Source of the DNA: Candidatus Falkowbacteria bacterium
GTDB lineage: Bacteria > Patescibacteriota > Patescibacteriia > CAIXNZ01
NCBI GenBank assembly: GCA_963774955.1
Contig: CAVZGV010000003.1
Span: 128,771 to 192,770, forward strand
DNA length: 64,000 nucleotides
Reading direction: 5' to 3'
Positions 52,418-62,456 of this stretch are shown one piece after another. Every line of letters starts with the position of its first letter. The stretch's first letter is position 1. The translations under genes were made by a program, and so were the position numbers. The notes under the pieces are model-generated. The model was not told where the DNA came from. It did no database searches and was given only the letters and a program-made list of their open reading frames with translations.

Positions 52418-54799
52418 ATGAAAAAAACAAAAATCATCTTGAGTCTTATCATTCTGGTTTCATCTGTCGCTATCGGCGGTTTGAGTTCAATGGTTTCAGC
52501 GCAAACCGTTCCCTCAATCATTGATATTAACGACGGCACAAATTATTCCGGAAATTCCAAAACATTATATGCAACTACTTATATTGAAGCCACTTGCTCT
52601 TTAGCCTATAGTAAAAATTCAGATACCAGTAATGGTACTACGGTTTTGGGCGGTGTGGTCCAGACTCCGACTGCGACCAATGACGGTAAATATTATTATG
52701 CCTTCAATTTAACAGGATTGGATGGGGTTTCTATTTATTATTACAAAGTAATGTGCACGGCTAATGGTCAAACTGATGTTAGCACCATTAGAACCTTAAC
52801 TGTTCAAGGATCAACCCAGATAATTATTGATATTAACGACGGCATAAGTTATTCCGGATATAGTAAAACAATATATGCAACTTCTTATGGCCAGGCCACT
52901 TGTTCTTTGGCTTACGGCAAGAATTCAGATACCAGTAATGGCACTACAGTTTTAGGCGGTGTTGTTCAGACTCCTGCAGTGGGCAATGACCAGAAATATT
53001 ACTATGCATTTAATTTAACAGGTTTGGACGGTGTTTCAGTTTATTATTACAAAATAATGTGTACTGCCAGCGGACAAAGTGATATAAGTACTATTAAAAT
53101 TCTGAGCCCAATAATTACGAGTAAAGTCTTTAATGGTGACGGGACATATGATATTAATGCCGGTGACAGGGTAAAATTAAATAATGGAGCAACTATTGAA
53201 CCTATTTTTTATACTTCGGGAGATTTTTTAAATGTAAAATTTGATGTTTATGACAGCAGTTTAATTAAAATAGGTACGAGCGATTTTACCAGGACAGCTT
53301 GGTCAGCATTGAGTTATGCTGTCGGCAGCTATAAAATGCAATTTAAAGTTAATTCAGCCGGCTCTTCATCAGGCAAATATTTTGGCAATATCACCTTTAC
53401 TAGCGTTAGCGCGAATGCTTTTGAAATTACAAGCGTCAGGGTTGATAAATTAGATGCAGTGGGTAATCCCGCTGAAGACGTGCGCAGTTTTAGTATCACT
53501 GCTAATCAGCAATTTACTAATTTGCAAATTACGCTCTATGAATTGCCAAGTACGACCTCTTATTTTACTTTAAATGTACCAGGAACTGCTTCTTCTGTTT
53601 ATGTCAGCCCAGGGAATTGGCCAAAAAAATTAAATCCCAATAAAACATATAAATATGTGATCAGCGCTAAGAGCACTCAAACGGCTGAAACTGATACTTA
53701 TGAGAGTACTTTTACCTCCAGTAATTTTACTTCAGAGGGCGATACCATTACTCAAATTACTATTTTGACTCCTAACGGAGCAGAAAATTTTGTTCAGGGT
53801 AATCTTAATCGCATCAGCTGGTCAGGTGGAACGGAAAAGGTTCAAATTGGCGTATTAAAAGGTGCGTCCGTGACAGCTGACGCAACCGGCAATTTATTGG
53901 GCTGGATTAATACTAATTTAACACCTAATAGCAGCACTTATTGGGATGGCAAAAACATTTGCGATTTAATAGGTACTACCTGCTGGGATCTGGCTGCCGG
54001 AAGTTATAAAATAGTAGGCGTATCCAAAGATAAGGACGGAAATTATTTATTAAATTATCCCGGCAATCTGGATATTAGCGATAACGCTTTTAATATTATT
54101 GCCCCTCCGGCGTCAGTTCCTATTACCTCTGGACAGGAAAATATTTATATTCAAAGGATTAAAGAATTGGAATACCGCATTTCTGAACTGGAAAATCAGG
54201 TTACTGCTTTGGCCCAAAAAACTTTTACCTATAGAAATCAAAATTTGATTGGTCGTACTGCCGGCAGAATTCTTTTACAGGTTGAAACTAACGGGCAGGC
54301 CTGGTATTTGGATCCTGTAACTGCAAAAAGATATTATTTGAAAGACGGTAATTCCGCCTATATAGCCCTAAACGCTTTTGGTTTGGGGGTCACGAATAAT
54401 GACTTGGCCAAAATCCCTATTGGCGTAGAATCAAGATTTCAATTGAATGACGGTGACGGCGACGGGTTGGCTGATAATTTGGAAAGAGCGATTGGAACTA
54501 ATCCTGGGGATTCAGATTCTGATGATGACGGTTTTTCTGATGGTGAAGAGGTTAAAAGCGGTCATAATCCCTTAGGCGCTGGTAATTTAAATTTGGATTA
54601 TAACTTAGCCACTAAATTAAAAGGGAAAATTTTATTGCAGGTACAATCTAAGGGTGAGGCTTGGTATGTGAGTCCGGTAGACAGTAGAAGATATTATTTG
54701 GGTGACGGTGAATCCGCTTATCAGATCATGAGATTTTTAAGTCTGGGTATTACCAATGATAATTTGAATGAAATTCCGGTTGGCAGTTTAAATTATTAA
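52418..54799 (+). CDS. Secreted/surface protein with duplicated 102-aa beta-rich domain, DxDxDG Ca-binding repeats and two GRILLQV repeats
   Basis: Signal peptide; tandem repeat with 306-nt period (52520 and 52826); DGDGDGLAD, DSDDDGFSDGEE. Confidence 0.85.
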   Translation: MKKTKIILSLIILVSSVAIGGLSSMVSAQTVPSIIDINDGTNYSGNSKTLYATTYIEATCSLAYSKNSDTSNGTTVLGGVVQTPTATNDGKYYYAFNLTGLDGVSIYYYKVMCTANGQTDVSTIRTLTVQGSTQIIIDINDGISYSGYSKTIYATSYGQATCSLAYGKNSDTSNGTTVLGGVVQTPAVGNDQKYYYAFNLTGLDGVSVYYYKIMCTASGQSDISTIKILSPIITSKVFNGDGTYDINAGDRVKLNNGATIEPIFYTSGDFLNVKFDVYDSSLIKIGTSDFTRTAWSALSYAVGSYKMQFKVNSAGSSSGKYFGNITFTSVSANAFEITSVRVDKLDAVGNPAEDVRSFSITANQQFTNLQITLYELPSTTSYFTLNVPGTASSVYVSPGNWPKKLNPNKTYKYVISAKSTQTAETDTYESTFTSSNFTSEGDTITQITILTPNGAENFVQGNLNRISWSGGTEKVQIGVLKGASVTADATGNLLGWINTNLTPNSSTYWDGKNICDLIGTTCWDLAAGSYKIVGVSKDKDGNYLLNYPGNLDISDNAFNIIAPPASVPITSGQENIYIQRIKELEYRISELENQVTALAQKTFTYRNQNLIGRTAGRILLQVETNGQAWYLDPVTAKRYYLKDGNSAYIALNAFGLGVTNNDLAKIPIGVESRFQLNDGDGDGLADNLERAIGTNPGDSDSDDDGFSDGEEVKSGHNPLGAGNLNLDYNLATKLKGKILLQVQSKGEAWYVSPVDSRRYYLGDGESAYQIMRFLSLGITNDNLNEIPVGSLNY

Positions 54800-54815
54800 G
54801 ATTAATTGTATTTTT

Positions 54816-55019
54816 ATGAAAGATTTAAAAAATGTGATCAGTAACGGCATTGAAATGGAAGATGACTTTATCAAGACTTATATGGCTGTGATCAAGGACG
54901 AGGGGTTTGCCCAGTATTTCGACACCAATCAGGGCAAAGCTGAGGAAATGCTTCAAACGTTAATTAAAGAAAGCACCTGGCATAAACAAGTGCTTGAGGA
55001 TATCTTGAAAACTTTATAA
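54816..55019 (+). CDS. Half ferritin/rubrerythrin-like helical hairpin protein
   Basis: GIEMED...LIKESTWH. Confidence 0.6.
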   Translation: MKDLKNVISNGIEMEDDFIKTYMAVIKDEGFAQYFDTNQGKAEEMLQTLIKESTWHKQVLEDILKTL

Positions 55020-55037
55020 AGATTAACTTAATTCTAT

Positions 55038-55226
55038 ATGGCCGACCGTGAAATAGTTTTAGACATCTTAAAAGACGCGCTTAAACGAGAAAAACAAGCT
55101 GAAGATAATTGTGAGGAAATTTTAGTGCATCTCAAGAAAAACGGTTTTACGAACGCAATTGAAAAAATAAAAAATGACGAACATCACCATCAGCAAATCG
55201 TCAGAAAATTAATGGATATGATTTAG
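55038..55226 (+). CDS. Half ferritin/rubrerythrin-like helical hairpin protein
   Basis: ALKREKQAE...IKNDEHHH. Confidence 0.65.
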   Translation: MADREIVLDILKDALKREKQAEDNCEEILVHLKKNGFTNAIEKIKNDEHHHQQIVRKLMDMI

Positions 55227-55304
55227 TTTCTGGTCTGAAATCCGCTGCCGTAAGGTGGCGGGTTTTTAGTTGTCAAAACAAGTAAAAGTTGCTAAATTAT
55301 ATGT

Positions 55305-55895
55305 ATGCTCAAACAAAATGACAAGTCTACCTCAATTTTTTTAGGCACAATCATAAAGGTAGTGCTTAATTACCTCAGGTACTCCCAGATGGTCTGGATG
55401 ATAGTTTTCTGGGCCATGTTTTTGTTTGTGTTTTTCCTGACCATGATTTTTGTGGTTATATCGTCACGGCCAGAATTACTTACTAATGCTTTGAATTATC
55501 TGATCAGACTTTTTAATATCCGGGATTTACATGTTGACACTGTCTGGGGCAAGGAAGAAATTTTGTGGGCCTATGGGATTCTATCAATGGTTGTTTATGC
55601 GATTGTGGCTTTGTTTAAATTAATATTTAACCTTAAATTCACCTTGAATCTCAAGCAAAAGATTGTTTTATTTGTCGGTCTAATCGGCTGTATGACCGGC
55701 TTAATGTTCGTTTTTATATCTTTGGCCTATTTTTTCTCCCATGACAGCATTTACCTTGGTTATTATGGGTTAATAGTCTTTTTCGCTATTTGTACTCTTG
55801 GTACAAGTCTTTATTATTTATTGGTCAGTTGGGTCATAGATTTTGTCATCAAGATCATTGATTATAATTTAGAGCGTAATAGCGTATTAAAATAA
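55305..55895 (+). CDS. Hypothetical membrane protein
   Basis: 196 aa with about four hydrophobic segments. Confidence 0.7.
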   Translation: MLKQNDKSTSIFLGTIIKVVLNYLRYSQMVWMIVFWAMFLFVFFLTMIFVVISSRPELLTNALNYLIRLFNIRDLHVDTVWGKEEILWAYGILSMVVYAIVALFKLIFNLKFTLNLKQKIVLFVGLIGCMTGLMFVFISLAYFFSHDSIYLGYYGLIVFFAICTLGTSLYYLLVSWVIDFVIKIIDYNLERNSVLK

Positions 55896-55896
55896 T

Positions 55897-58323
55897 ATGG
55901 CTGAAGTAACACCGATGCTCAAACAATACCGGGCGATCAAGGATCAGCATAAAGACTGTATCCTGTTTTTTCGCTTGGGAGATTTTTATGAAATGTTTGG
56001 CCCCGATGCCATGGAAGCTTCTAAAATTTTAAATATTACTCTGACCGCCCGAGGCAAGGGGACTGTTAATGAAGTGCCCATGTGCGGGGTGCCCTATCAT
56101 GCTGCCGAAGGCTATATTGCCAAATTAACCAGAGCCGGGAAGAAGGTCGCGATTTGCGAACAAATGACTGACCCGAGTTTGCCTGGTATTGTGGAACGGG
56201 ATGTGATCAGGATAATTACCCCGGGGACAACTTTGGATAATAATATTTTGGATAATAAAAGAAATAATTATCTTGTTTCTTTGGTGAACAAGGATAATCT
56301 TTGGGGTTTAGCTTTTGTGGACTTAACTACCGGCGAATTTAAGCTGGCGGAAATCCGCAAGCTGGATGATTTGATTAATGAACTTGGCAGAATCATGCCC
56401 ACGGAAATTATAGTCACTCCTGATTTGCATGAAAATTTGCAGCTAGTTACCAAACTAAAAAATTTAAGCAGCGTAAATATATTTTATCCCGCGATTTTCA
56501 AGTCAGCGCCTGAAACCTTACTGGAACATTTTAAAGTAAAATCCCTGCAGAGTTTTGGTATTGAGAAATCTTTAATCGGGCTTGAGGCGGCCGGTAATTT
56601 GGTTAATTACTTGAAAGATACCCAGAAAACTTCCCTGGAACATATTAATAAACTTGGCTCTCTACAATATTTCCGATTACATGATTCTGGATGAGGCCAC
56701 GATTCGAAATTTGGAACTTTTATATACTTATCAGCTTTTTGAACAAAAAGGATCTTTAATTTCCATTCTTGATCAGACGCAAACCGGTATGGGCGGTCGG
56801 CTTATTGCGCAACTGGCTTTTACATCCGTTAATTAAGGCTGAAAAGGTTCAGGCGCGTTTGGAAGCAGTTGCGGAATTTTATAATAATTTAGATTTGCGG
56901 GAAAATCTGAAAGGCGAATTGAAGAATATGGCTGATATTGAACGTCTGATCGGTCGGTTGGGCTGTAAGCGAGCAAATGCGCGTGATTTGGTTAATCTGA
57001 AAAACTCTTTACAGCAAATTCCGCAGATTAAGAGTCTGGCTTAAAAATTGTGATTCAAAATTATTAAAGGATAGTTATAAATATTTGGATGACCACAAAG
57101 AAGTCGTTGAATTAATCCAAAAATCAATTGCGGAAGATCCGCCTTTAATTAATTACTGACGGCGGCATGATTGCTGACGGTTATAATTCAGAACTTGGAT
57201 GAATTAAGGAAAATTTCAACTTCCGGTAAAGATTGGCTCAGTGATTTACAAACCCGGGAGGCGCAAAGAACCGGAATTTCTTCCTTAAAAGTTAAATTTA
57301 ATAAAATATTCGGTTATTACATTGAAGTTACCAATTCCAATTTGGCCCAGGTACCGACTGATTATACCCGCAAGCAAACTTTAGTTAATGCGGAGCGATT
57401 TGTGACGCCGGAACTGAAAGAATACGAACAAAAGGTTTTGGGCGCTCAGGAACAGATTATCGAAATAGAACAACGTCTATTCTGGGAAATACGAGATGCA
57501 GGTGGCCAAACATTTTGAAGCCATTCAGGCCACTGCGCAGGTTTTGGCTCAGCTGGATGTGCTTCTGAATTTTGCCAATATCGCTTTATTGAATAATTAT
57601 GTTAAACCTGAAATAAATGACGGGGGAGTGGTAATAATTAAAAATGGACGTCATCCGGTGATTGAAAAGTTACTGACCGAAGAATCTTATGTGCCCAATG
57701 ACGGTCTATTTAATCATGAAGACCATCAGTTGATTTTACTGACCGGCCCTAATATGAGCGGTAAGTCCAGTTATCTGCGCCAGACTGCCTTGATTATTTT
57801 ATTGGCGCAGATCGGTTGCTTTGTTCCGGCTGAGGCAGCTAAGATTGGAATAGTTGACAGAATTTTTACCCGTGTCGGCGCGTCTGATAATTTAATCCGC
57901 GGCCAGTCAACTTTTATGGTGGAAATGCAGGAAGCAGCCAATATTTTAAATAATGCCACCAGTAAAAGTTTTATTGTCCTGGACGAACTAGGCAGGGGAA
58001 CCTCAACTTACGACGGTGTGTCCATTGCCTGGGCCATTGTGGAATTTATTTATAAAAATATCAAAGCCAAGACTTTATTTGCCACGCATTATCATGAATT
58101 GATTGATTTAGTGGCCAAGCTTGATAAAGCCAAGAATTACTGTGTCAGTGTTAAAGAAACAGATACTGGTGTTATCTTTTTACGTAAAGTTATGCCAGGC
58201 GGGATTGACCGTTCCTATGGCATTGAAGTCGCTAAGTTGGCCGGCCTGCCCAAGGCTTTGACGGATAGGGCGTATGAAATTTTGGCGGAGCTAGAAAGTG
58301 AAATTAAAATAACGAAAAAATAA
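55897..58323 (+). CDS. mutS: DNA mismatch repair protein MutS (multiple frameshifts at 56650-57500)
   Basis: [57 protein letters not shown]. Confidence 0.95.
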
Positions 58324-58390
58324 ACCGCTGGGCAACCGGCGGTTTTATATTTGACAGCAATTATCTTGTCTGCTAACATGATAAATCAAA

Positions 58391-58851
58391 AGACAAAGGA
58401 GGACTTGCTAATGGATTCAATGTTTTGGGTTTATGTTACAGTCGGGTTGATTTTTGTGACAGTTGCGGTAGCAATCAAGAGCATATATTACACCAGCAAT
58501 GTAAGACAGAAATACAGTTGGACATTGTATAGTCTGGTGATCGCCTCTGTCTGTTTGGTCAATCTTTTGGTCATTCAGAGATTTTTTAACCAACTTGGAT
58601 TGTTTCAGACGCACGGATCGATCATCTTATTCTGTACATACGCACCCTATGCGTTATGGGCTTTCTCCCTATATTTTTTGAGAAACACTGCTCAGGCCAT
58701 GCACAAACAGGATTTTCATAAAACTCATTTTTCCAGCATTTATGCTTTCAACATGATCCTGCTAGCAGTAATGATACCATTGGCGCATATATTTTTTGCC
58801 TATGTAAATTCTGTCATCCATCCGTTGTCCAACCAGCTGATGCTGATTTAA
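58391..58851 (+). CDS. Hypothetical 4-TM protein (cassette 1)
   Basis: TTGACA at 58351, AAGGAGG SD, ATG at 58391. Confidence 0.65.
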
Positions 58852-58957
58852 CCTTTTAGTCATTAAAAAACGCCAGGATACCTTGGCGTTTTTCTTTTAT
58901 TGACAAAAATGAAAAATACTGATATTTTAAATCAAGTCCTGACAGGAGGTACAAATC

Positions 58958-59188
58958 ATGACTATAAAAAGAACGGATAGAAATATAAAAGGACATCATG
59001 TCTTTAAAAAACAAAATCCAACCAAAGCAAAAGTTGTTTGTAGTCGCTGTGCTGACATTTGTTGCATGCGCAATATTACACCGACTTGGGCCTTGCCTAC
59101 TGAAGCAAGCCATGGGGCGATCAAACATTATACTTGTGAGGAAAGGGTTGTGGATAGGGGCATGGTCAGAAAAGGACTTTGTGCCTGA
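58958..59188 (+). CDS. Small Cys-rich protein (cassette 2)
   Basis: AGGAGG SD; CSRCADICCMRNITPT...C; paralog of 59274. Confidence 0.7.
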   Translation: MTIKRTDRNIKGHHVFKKQNPTKAKVVCSRCADICCMRNITPTWALPTEASHGAIKHYTCEERVVDRGMVRKGLCA

Positions 59189-59273
59189 GCAAAACCGCTA
59201 ATAAATTTGGCGGTTTTATATTTGACAAATCTCTTTAAATCTGGTAAATTTAGTTACCACAGGAGGGACAAAA

Positions 59274-59507
59274 ATGTCGAAAAGAAAAAGGTTGATTTTG
59301 AGAAGAAACTGGATAGAGCATCAACGGTTCTTTCATAAGTTTCCGCCCAATGGGCCAGTCTATTGCAGCCGCTGCGCAGATGTCTATTGTTTGCGGAATA
59401 TTACTCCGACCAGGCTTTTGCCTCGCGATTCAAAACTTGGCAAATTGCGACAGCGGACCTGCAAGGAAATGCTTCGGGACAGAGCTTTGCCCGTTGATTT
59501 GGGCTGA
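59274..59507 (+). CDS. Small Cys-rich protein (cassette 3)
   Basis: AGGAGG SD; CSRCADVYCLRNITPT...C. Confidence 0.7.
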   Translation: MSKRKRLILRRNWIEHQRFFHKFPPNGPVYCSRCADVYCLRNITPTRLLPRDSKLGKLRQRTCKEMLRDRALPVDLG

Positions 59508-59520
59508 AAGGGGAGAATCA

Positions 59521-59748
59521 ATGACTTTGATGATATCGGTAGTTAAAATTGTTTTGTTTCTCGTTTGTCTTTATATCATTTCAACCGTATTATTGCTGAT
59601 AGCTGAAGCAACTTTGCAGTCCTATCGGTCCCATGTTTGGTCCGGCAGGCAGTATCCTTTTGACTTGGCTAGTATTTATAAGCATTTGCCATCTGCCTGG
59701 AAAGTGGTTAAAAACTGGCCGATTGAGTGTCTGGAAATCCTGTTTTAG
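59521..59748 (+). CDS. Small membrane protein
   Basis: AGGGGAG SD before ATG 59521; one TM. Confidence 0.55.
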   Translation: MTLMISVVKIVLFLVCLYIISTVLLLIAEATLQSYRSHVWSGRQYPFDLASIYKHLPSAWKVVKNWPIECLEILF

Positions 59749-59783
59749 CCGGATTATTCGGTATAAATTTTTAGGGAGGGAAA

Positions 59784-60050
59784 ATGAATTTGCTACTTCT
59801 TTTAGGGCTGCTGGCATATTTGGCCGTCATGGTGCGCATCAGCGTCCCCAGGATTCGGGAAGTGATGCAATTACGTGAAGATAAAAGGCATTATTCGAAA
59901 AATTTTAATGCCGGACAGCTTGATCACGTGGAAATGCTTTTGAGCCACCGAACCAGCAGCTTGGCATTTATCATTTTTTCTTCGTTGGTAATAACCCTGA
60001 TGGTTATTTTAATAATCTTCATGGGTGACCTTCCGAACTCTACTTTTTAG
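59784..60050 (+). CDS. Small 2-TM protein
   Basis: GGGAGG SD; followed by a hairpin and T tract. Confidence 0.6.
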   Translation: MNLLLLLGLLAYLAVMVRISVPRIREVMQLREDKRHYSKNFNAGQLDHVEMLLSHRTSSLAFIIFSSLVITLMVILIIFMGDLPNSTF

Positions 60051-60100
60051 CCCTGCTTAATCGCGGGGTTTTTAAATTTATTTAAAATAAAAAAACACCC

Positions 60101-60286
60101 TCAGACTAAGTCTTTGGGTGTTTGGCCTTGCTTCTTTTGACCTTGATACTTATTCAGGCATTTGACACAGCTGATTTCTCCGGTATAGAAATAGCGGTAA
60201 AGAGTGCCATGACAATGTTCACAAGGAGTATCGGTTTTAACTACTTTATGAGTTAAATAATAGCCCATAATTAATTTTTCTTTCAT
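60101..60286 (-). CDS. Small zinc-ribbon protein
   Basis: GGAGG SD; CEHC-x13-CVKC. Confidence 0.6.
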   Translation of the reverse strand: MKEKLIMGYYLTHKVVKTDTPCEHCHGTLYRYFYTGEISCVKCLNKYQGQKKQGQTPKDLV

Positions 60287-60477
60287 TTGCTACCTCCATT
60301 GTAATGATTTTTTAGTATATCGTAAGTTGAAAAAAAAGTCAATAATTGATATTGTTACATATATACAAATCAGCTACGAATTTACAAATATAGTAATTTT
60401 TTTAAAAAATTCGTAGATCTGTATCTTATCCGTTCCGCGTAGCGGAATGCCGCTCCGCGGCGTAAATTAGTAACAAT

Positions 60478-62259
60478 ATGACTAAGATTCAACGTTTAGA
60501 TCAAGATTTAATCAATAAAATTGCTGCCGGCGAGGTTGTCGAGCGGCCGGCTTCAGTTGTTAAAGAGTTGGTCGAGAATTCCATTGACGCCGGTGCTGAC
60601 CAGATTGCTATCGACTTGGAGAAAGGTGGTATTGATTTGATAGTAATTACTGATAATGGCAGCGGCATGAGCAGGGAAGACGCCGAACTTGCAGTTGAGA
60701 GACATGCGACTTCAAAGATTACCAAACTTGATGATCTTTTTGATATTCAAACCATGGGTTTTCGCGGGGAAGCTTTGGCCAGCATATCTGCTGTCGCCCA
60801 ATTTACTTTGGAAACCAAAATTAAAGAGAGCATTGAAGGCACTAAGTTGCTTATGGCTAATGGCAAATGGCAAATAGCTTCATGCGGATGTCCCAAAGGT
60901 ACAAAAATAGCAATTAAAGATTTGTTTTACAATGTGCCGGCGCGCAAGAAGTTTTTAAAAACTCCGCTGACCGAGTACAATCATATTTTAGAAATTATTA
61001 CGGCGTTTGGTTTAATCCAACCTCAAATTAGTTTTAAACTGACTCATAATAAGGTTATGGTTTTAAATTTATCCAAAACAGATAATTGGCTTGATCGGGT
61101 TAAACAGGTTTTGGGTCAGGATCTGGCCAAGGATTTAATTGAAATCAAACAGCCGGGTACAATTGAAATTTCTGGGTTTGTGGGCAAACCGCAAATCGCT
61201 CGCCAAAACCGTAAGTCCCAGTTTGTATTTGTGAATAATCGTTATGTCAGCGATTATCTGATTGCCAAGGCGGTCAAAGAAGCTTATGGCAGTTTGATCC
61301 CGCGGGAATTAAATCCTGTTTTTGTATTAAGCTTGAACTTGCCGTCAAAGATGGTTGATGTCAATGTGCATCCGCAAAAAGCCGAAGTGAAATTTGCCAA
61401 TTCTAATGAAGTTTATTCTGCTGTGTTGCAGGCAGTTCAGAGATTTTTAGCCCAGAATATGACCGTCGCTCAATATCAGGTTGAAGCGCCAGCTAACGGC
61501 AAGCTTTATACTTTAAAATCACAACCTGAAGCACGTGAATATAAACCCGCGGTCAGTTACCAGTCGCATTTTCAAAATATTAAATCCCAGCCTGGGACTT
61601 CATCTCAGGCTTTGGAATTCTCCAAACAGATCTTGAAGGATGATTTTGCTGAACAAAAAGACCAGCAAAATATCGGGGACTGGAAATTACTGGGTCAGAT
61701 TCATAATGCTTATCTTTTAGTTGATTCTCCTAGCGCGATTTTGATCATTGACCAGCATGCGGCTGCGGAACGTTTGCTATATGAGCGATTTAAAGCTGAA
61801 TATGACAATCACGGCATCAAGTCCCAAAAATTACTCTTGCCTTTGAATCTGGAATTGTCACATCGAGAAGTGGAGGTTTTAAATCAGAGTTTGGAATTTT
61901 TGAAACATCTGGGTTTTGATATAGAAATTTTCGGGGCTAATACTTTCAAGGTCAATGCTGTGCCGCAGGAACTGGATAAACTGGATGTTAAGGCGACAAT
62001 TTTAGGCTTAATTAATGATTTGGAAGTCAATGATTTTGATAAAGCCAAGTCAGTGGAAGACAAAAAAGATTTGATTATCAAATATGCCGCTTGCCGCGGT
62101 GCCATTAAATTTCAGGACAAACTGGAATCAGAAGAACAAATTAAATTGCTAGAAGATGTTCGAGATATGAAGGATAAAATAAATACCTGCCCGCATGGTA
62201 GACCTTTTATTATGGAGCTGACCATGGATCAGTTGGCTAAAAATTTTAAGAGGAAATAA
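60478..62259 (+). CDS. mutL: DNA mismatch repair protein MutL
   Basis: IAAGEVVERP, GFRGEAL, DVNVHP, endonuclease motif DQHAAAER, CPHGRP. Confidence 0.97.
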   Translation: MTKIQRLDQDLINKIAAGEVVERPASVVKELVENSIDAGADQIAIDLEKGGIDLIVITDNGSGMSREDAELAVERHATSKITKLDDLFDIQTMGFRGEALASISAVAQFTLETKIKESIEGTKLLMANGKWQIASCGCPKGTKIAIKDLFYNVPARKKFLKTPLTEYNHILEIITAFGLIQPQISFKLTHNKVMVLNLSKTDNWLDRVKQVLGQDLAKDLIEIKQPGTIEISGFVGKPQIARQNRKSQFVFVNNRYVSDYLIAKAVKEAYGSLIPRELNPVFVLSLNLPSKMVDVNVHPQKAEVKFANSNEVYSAVLQAVQRFLAQNMTVAQYQVEAPANGKLYTLKSQPEAREYKPAVSYQSHFQNIKSQPGTSSQALEFSKQILKDDFAEQKDQQNIGDWKLLGQIHNAYLLVDSPSAILIIDQHAAAERLLYERFKAEYDNHGIKSQKLLLPLNLELSHREVEVLNQSLEFLKHLGFDIEIFGANTFKVNAVPQELDKLDVKATILGLINDLEVNDFDKAKSVEDKKDLIIKYAACRGAIKFQDKLESEEQIKLLEDVRDMKDKINTCPHGRPFIMELTMDQLAKNFKRK

Positions 62260-62355
62260 AAGACAAGCAGTCTAGGTGTCATTCAGAGTGCAACGTGGAA
62301 TCCATTAAGTCCTGGATCCTTTGCTCCGCTCTGGATGACTGCTTGTCTTTTATTT
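62254..62355. repeat. TGTCATTCAGAG-family repeat nested in a 19-bp-arm terminator
   Basis: Outer aaataaaagacaagcagtc/gactgcttgtcttttattt; inner tgtcattcagagtgcaacgtggaatcc...ggatcc...ctctggatgac. Confidence 0.85.
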
Positions 62356-62456
62356 TTGCGTAAAAAATGGTATAATATAATAAGATTTTGGATTATAGAT
62401 TTTAGGTTTTAGTTTGGATCCAAAATCTAAAATCTAAAACACTAAAATCCAATCTT

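Noticed and set aside
55897-58323. Inactivated mutS (mutator strain)
   Set aside because: Same indel pattern as other genes; mutL is intact and all MutS motifs are present
58322-60100. Classical integron
   Set aside because: No intI and no attC-like RYYYAAC...GTTRRRY sites recognised; junctions are terminator-promoter modules
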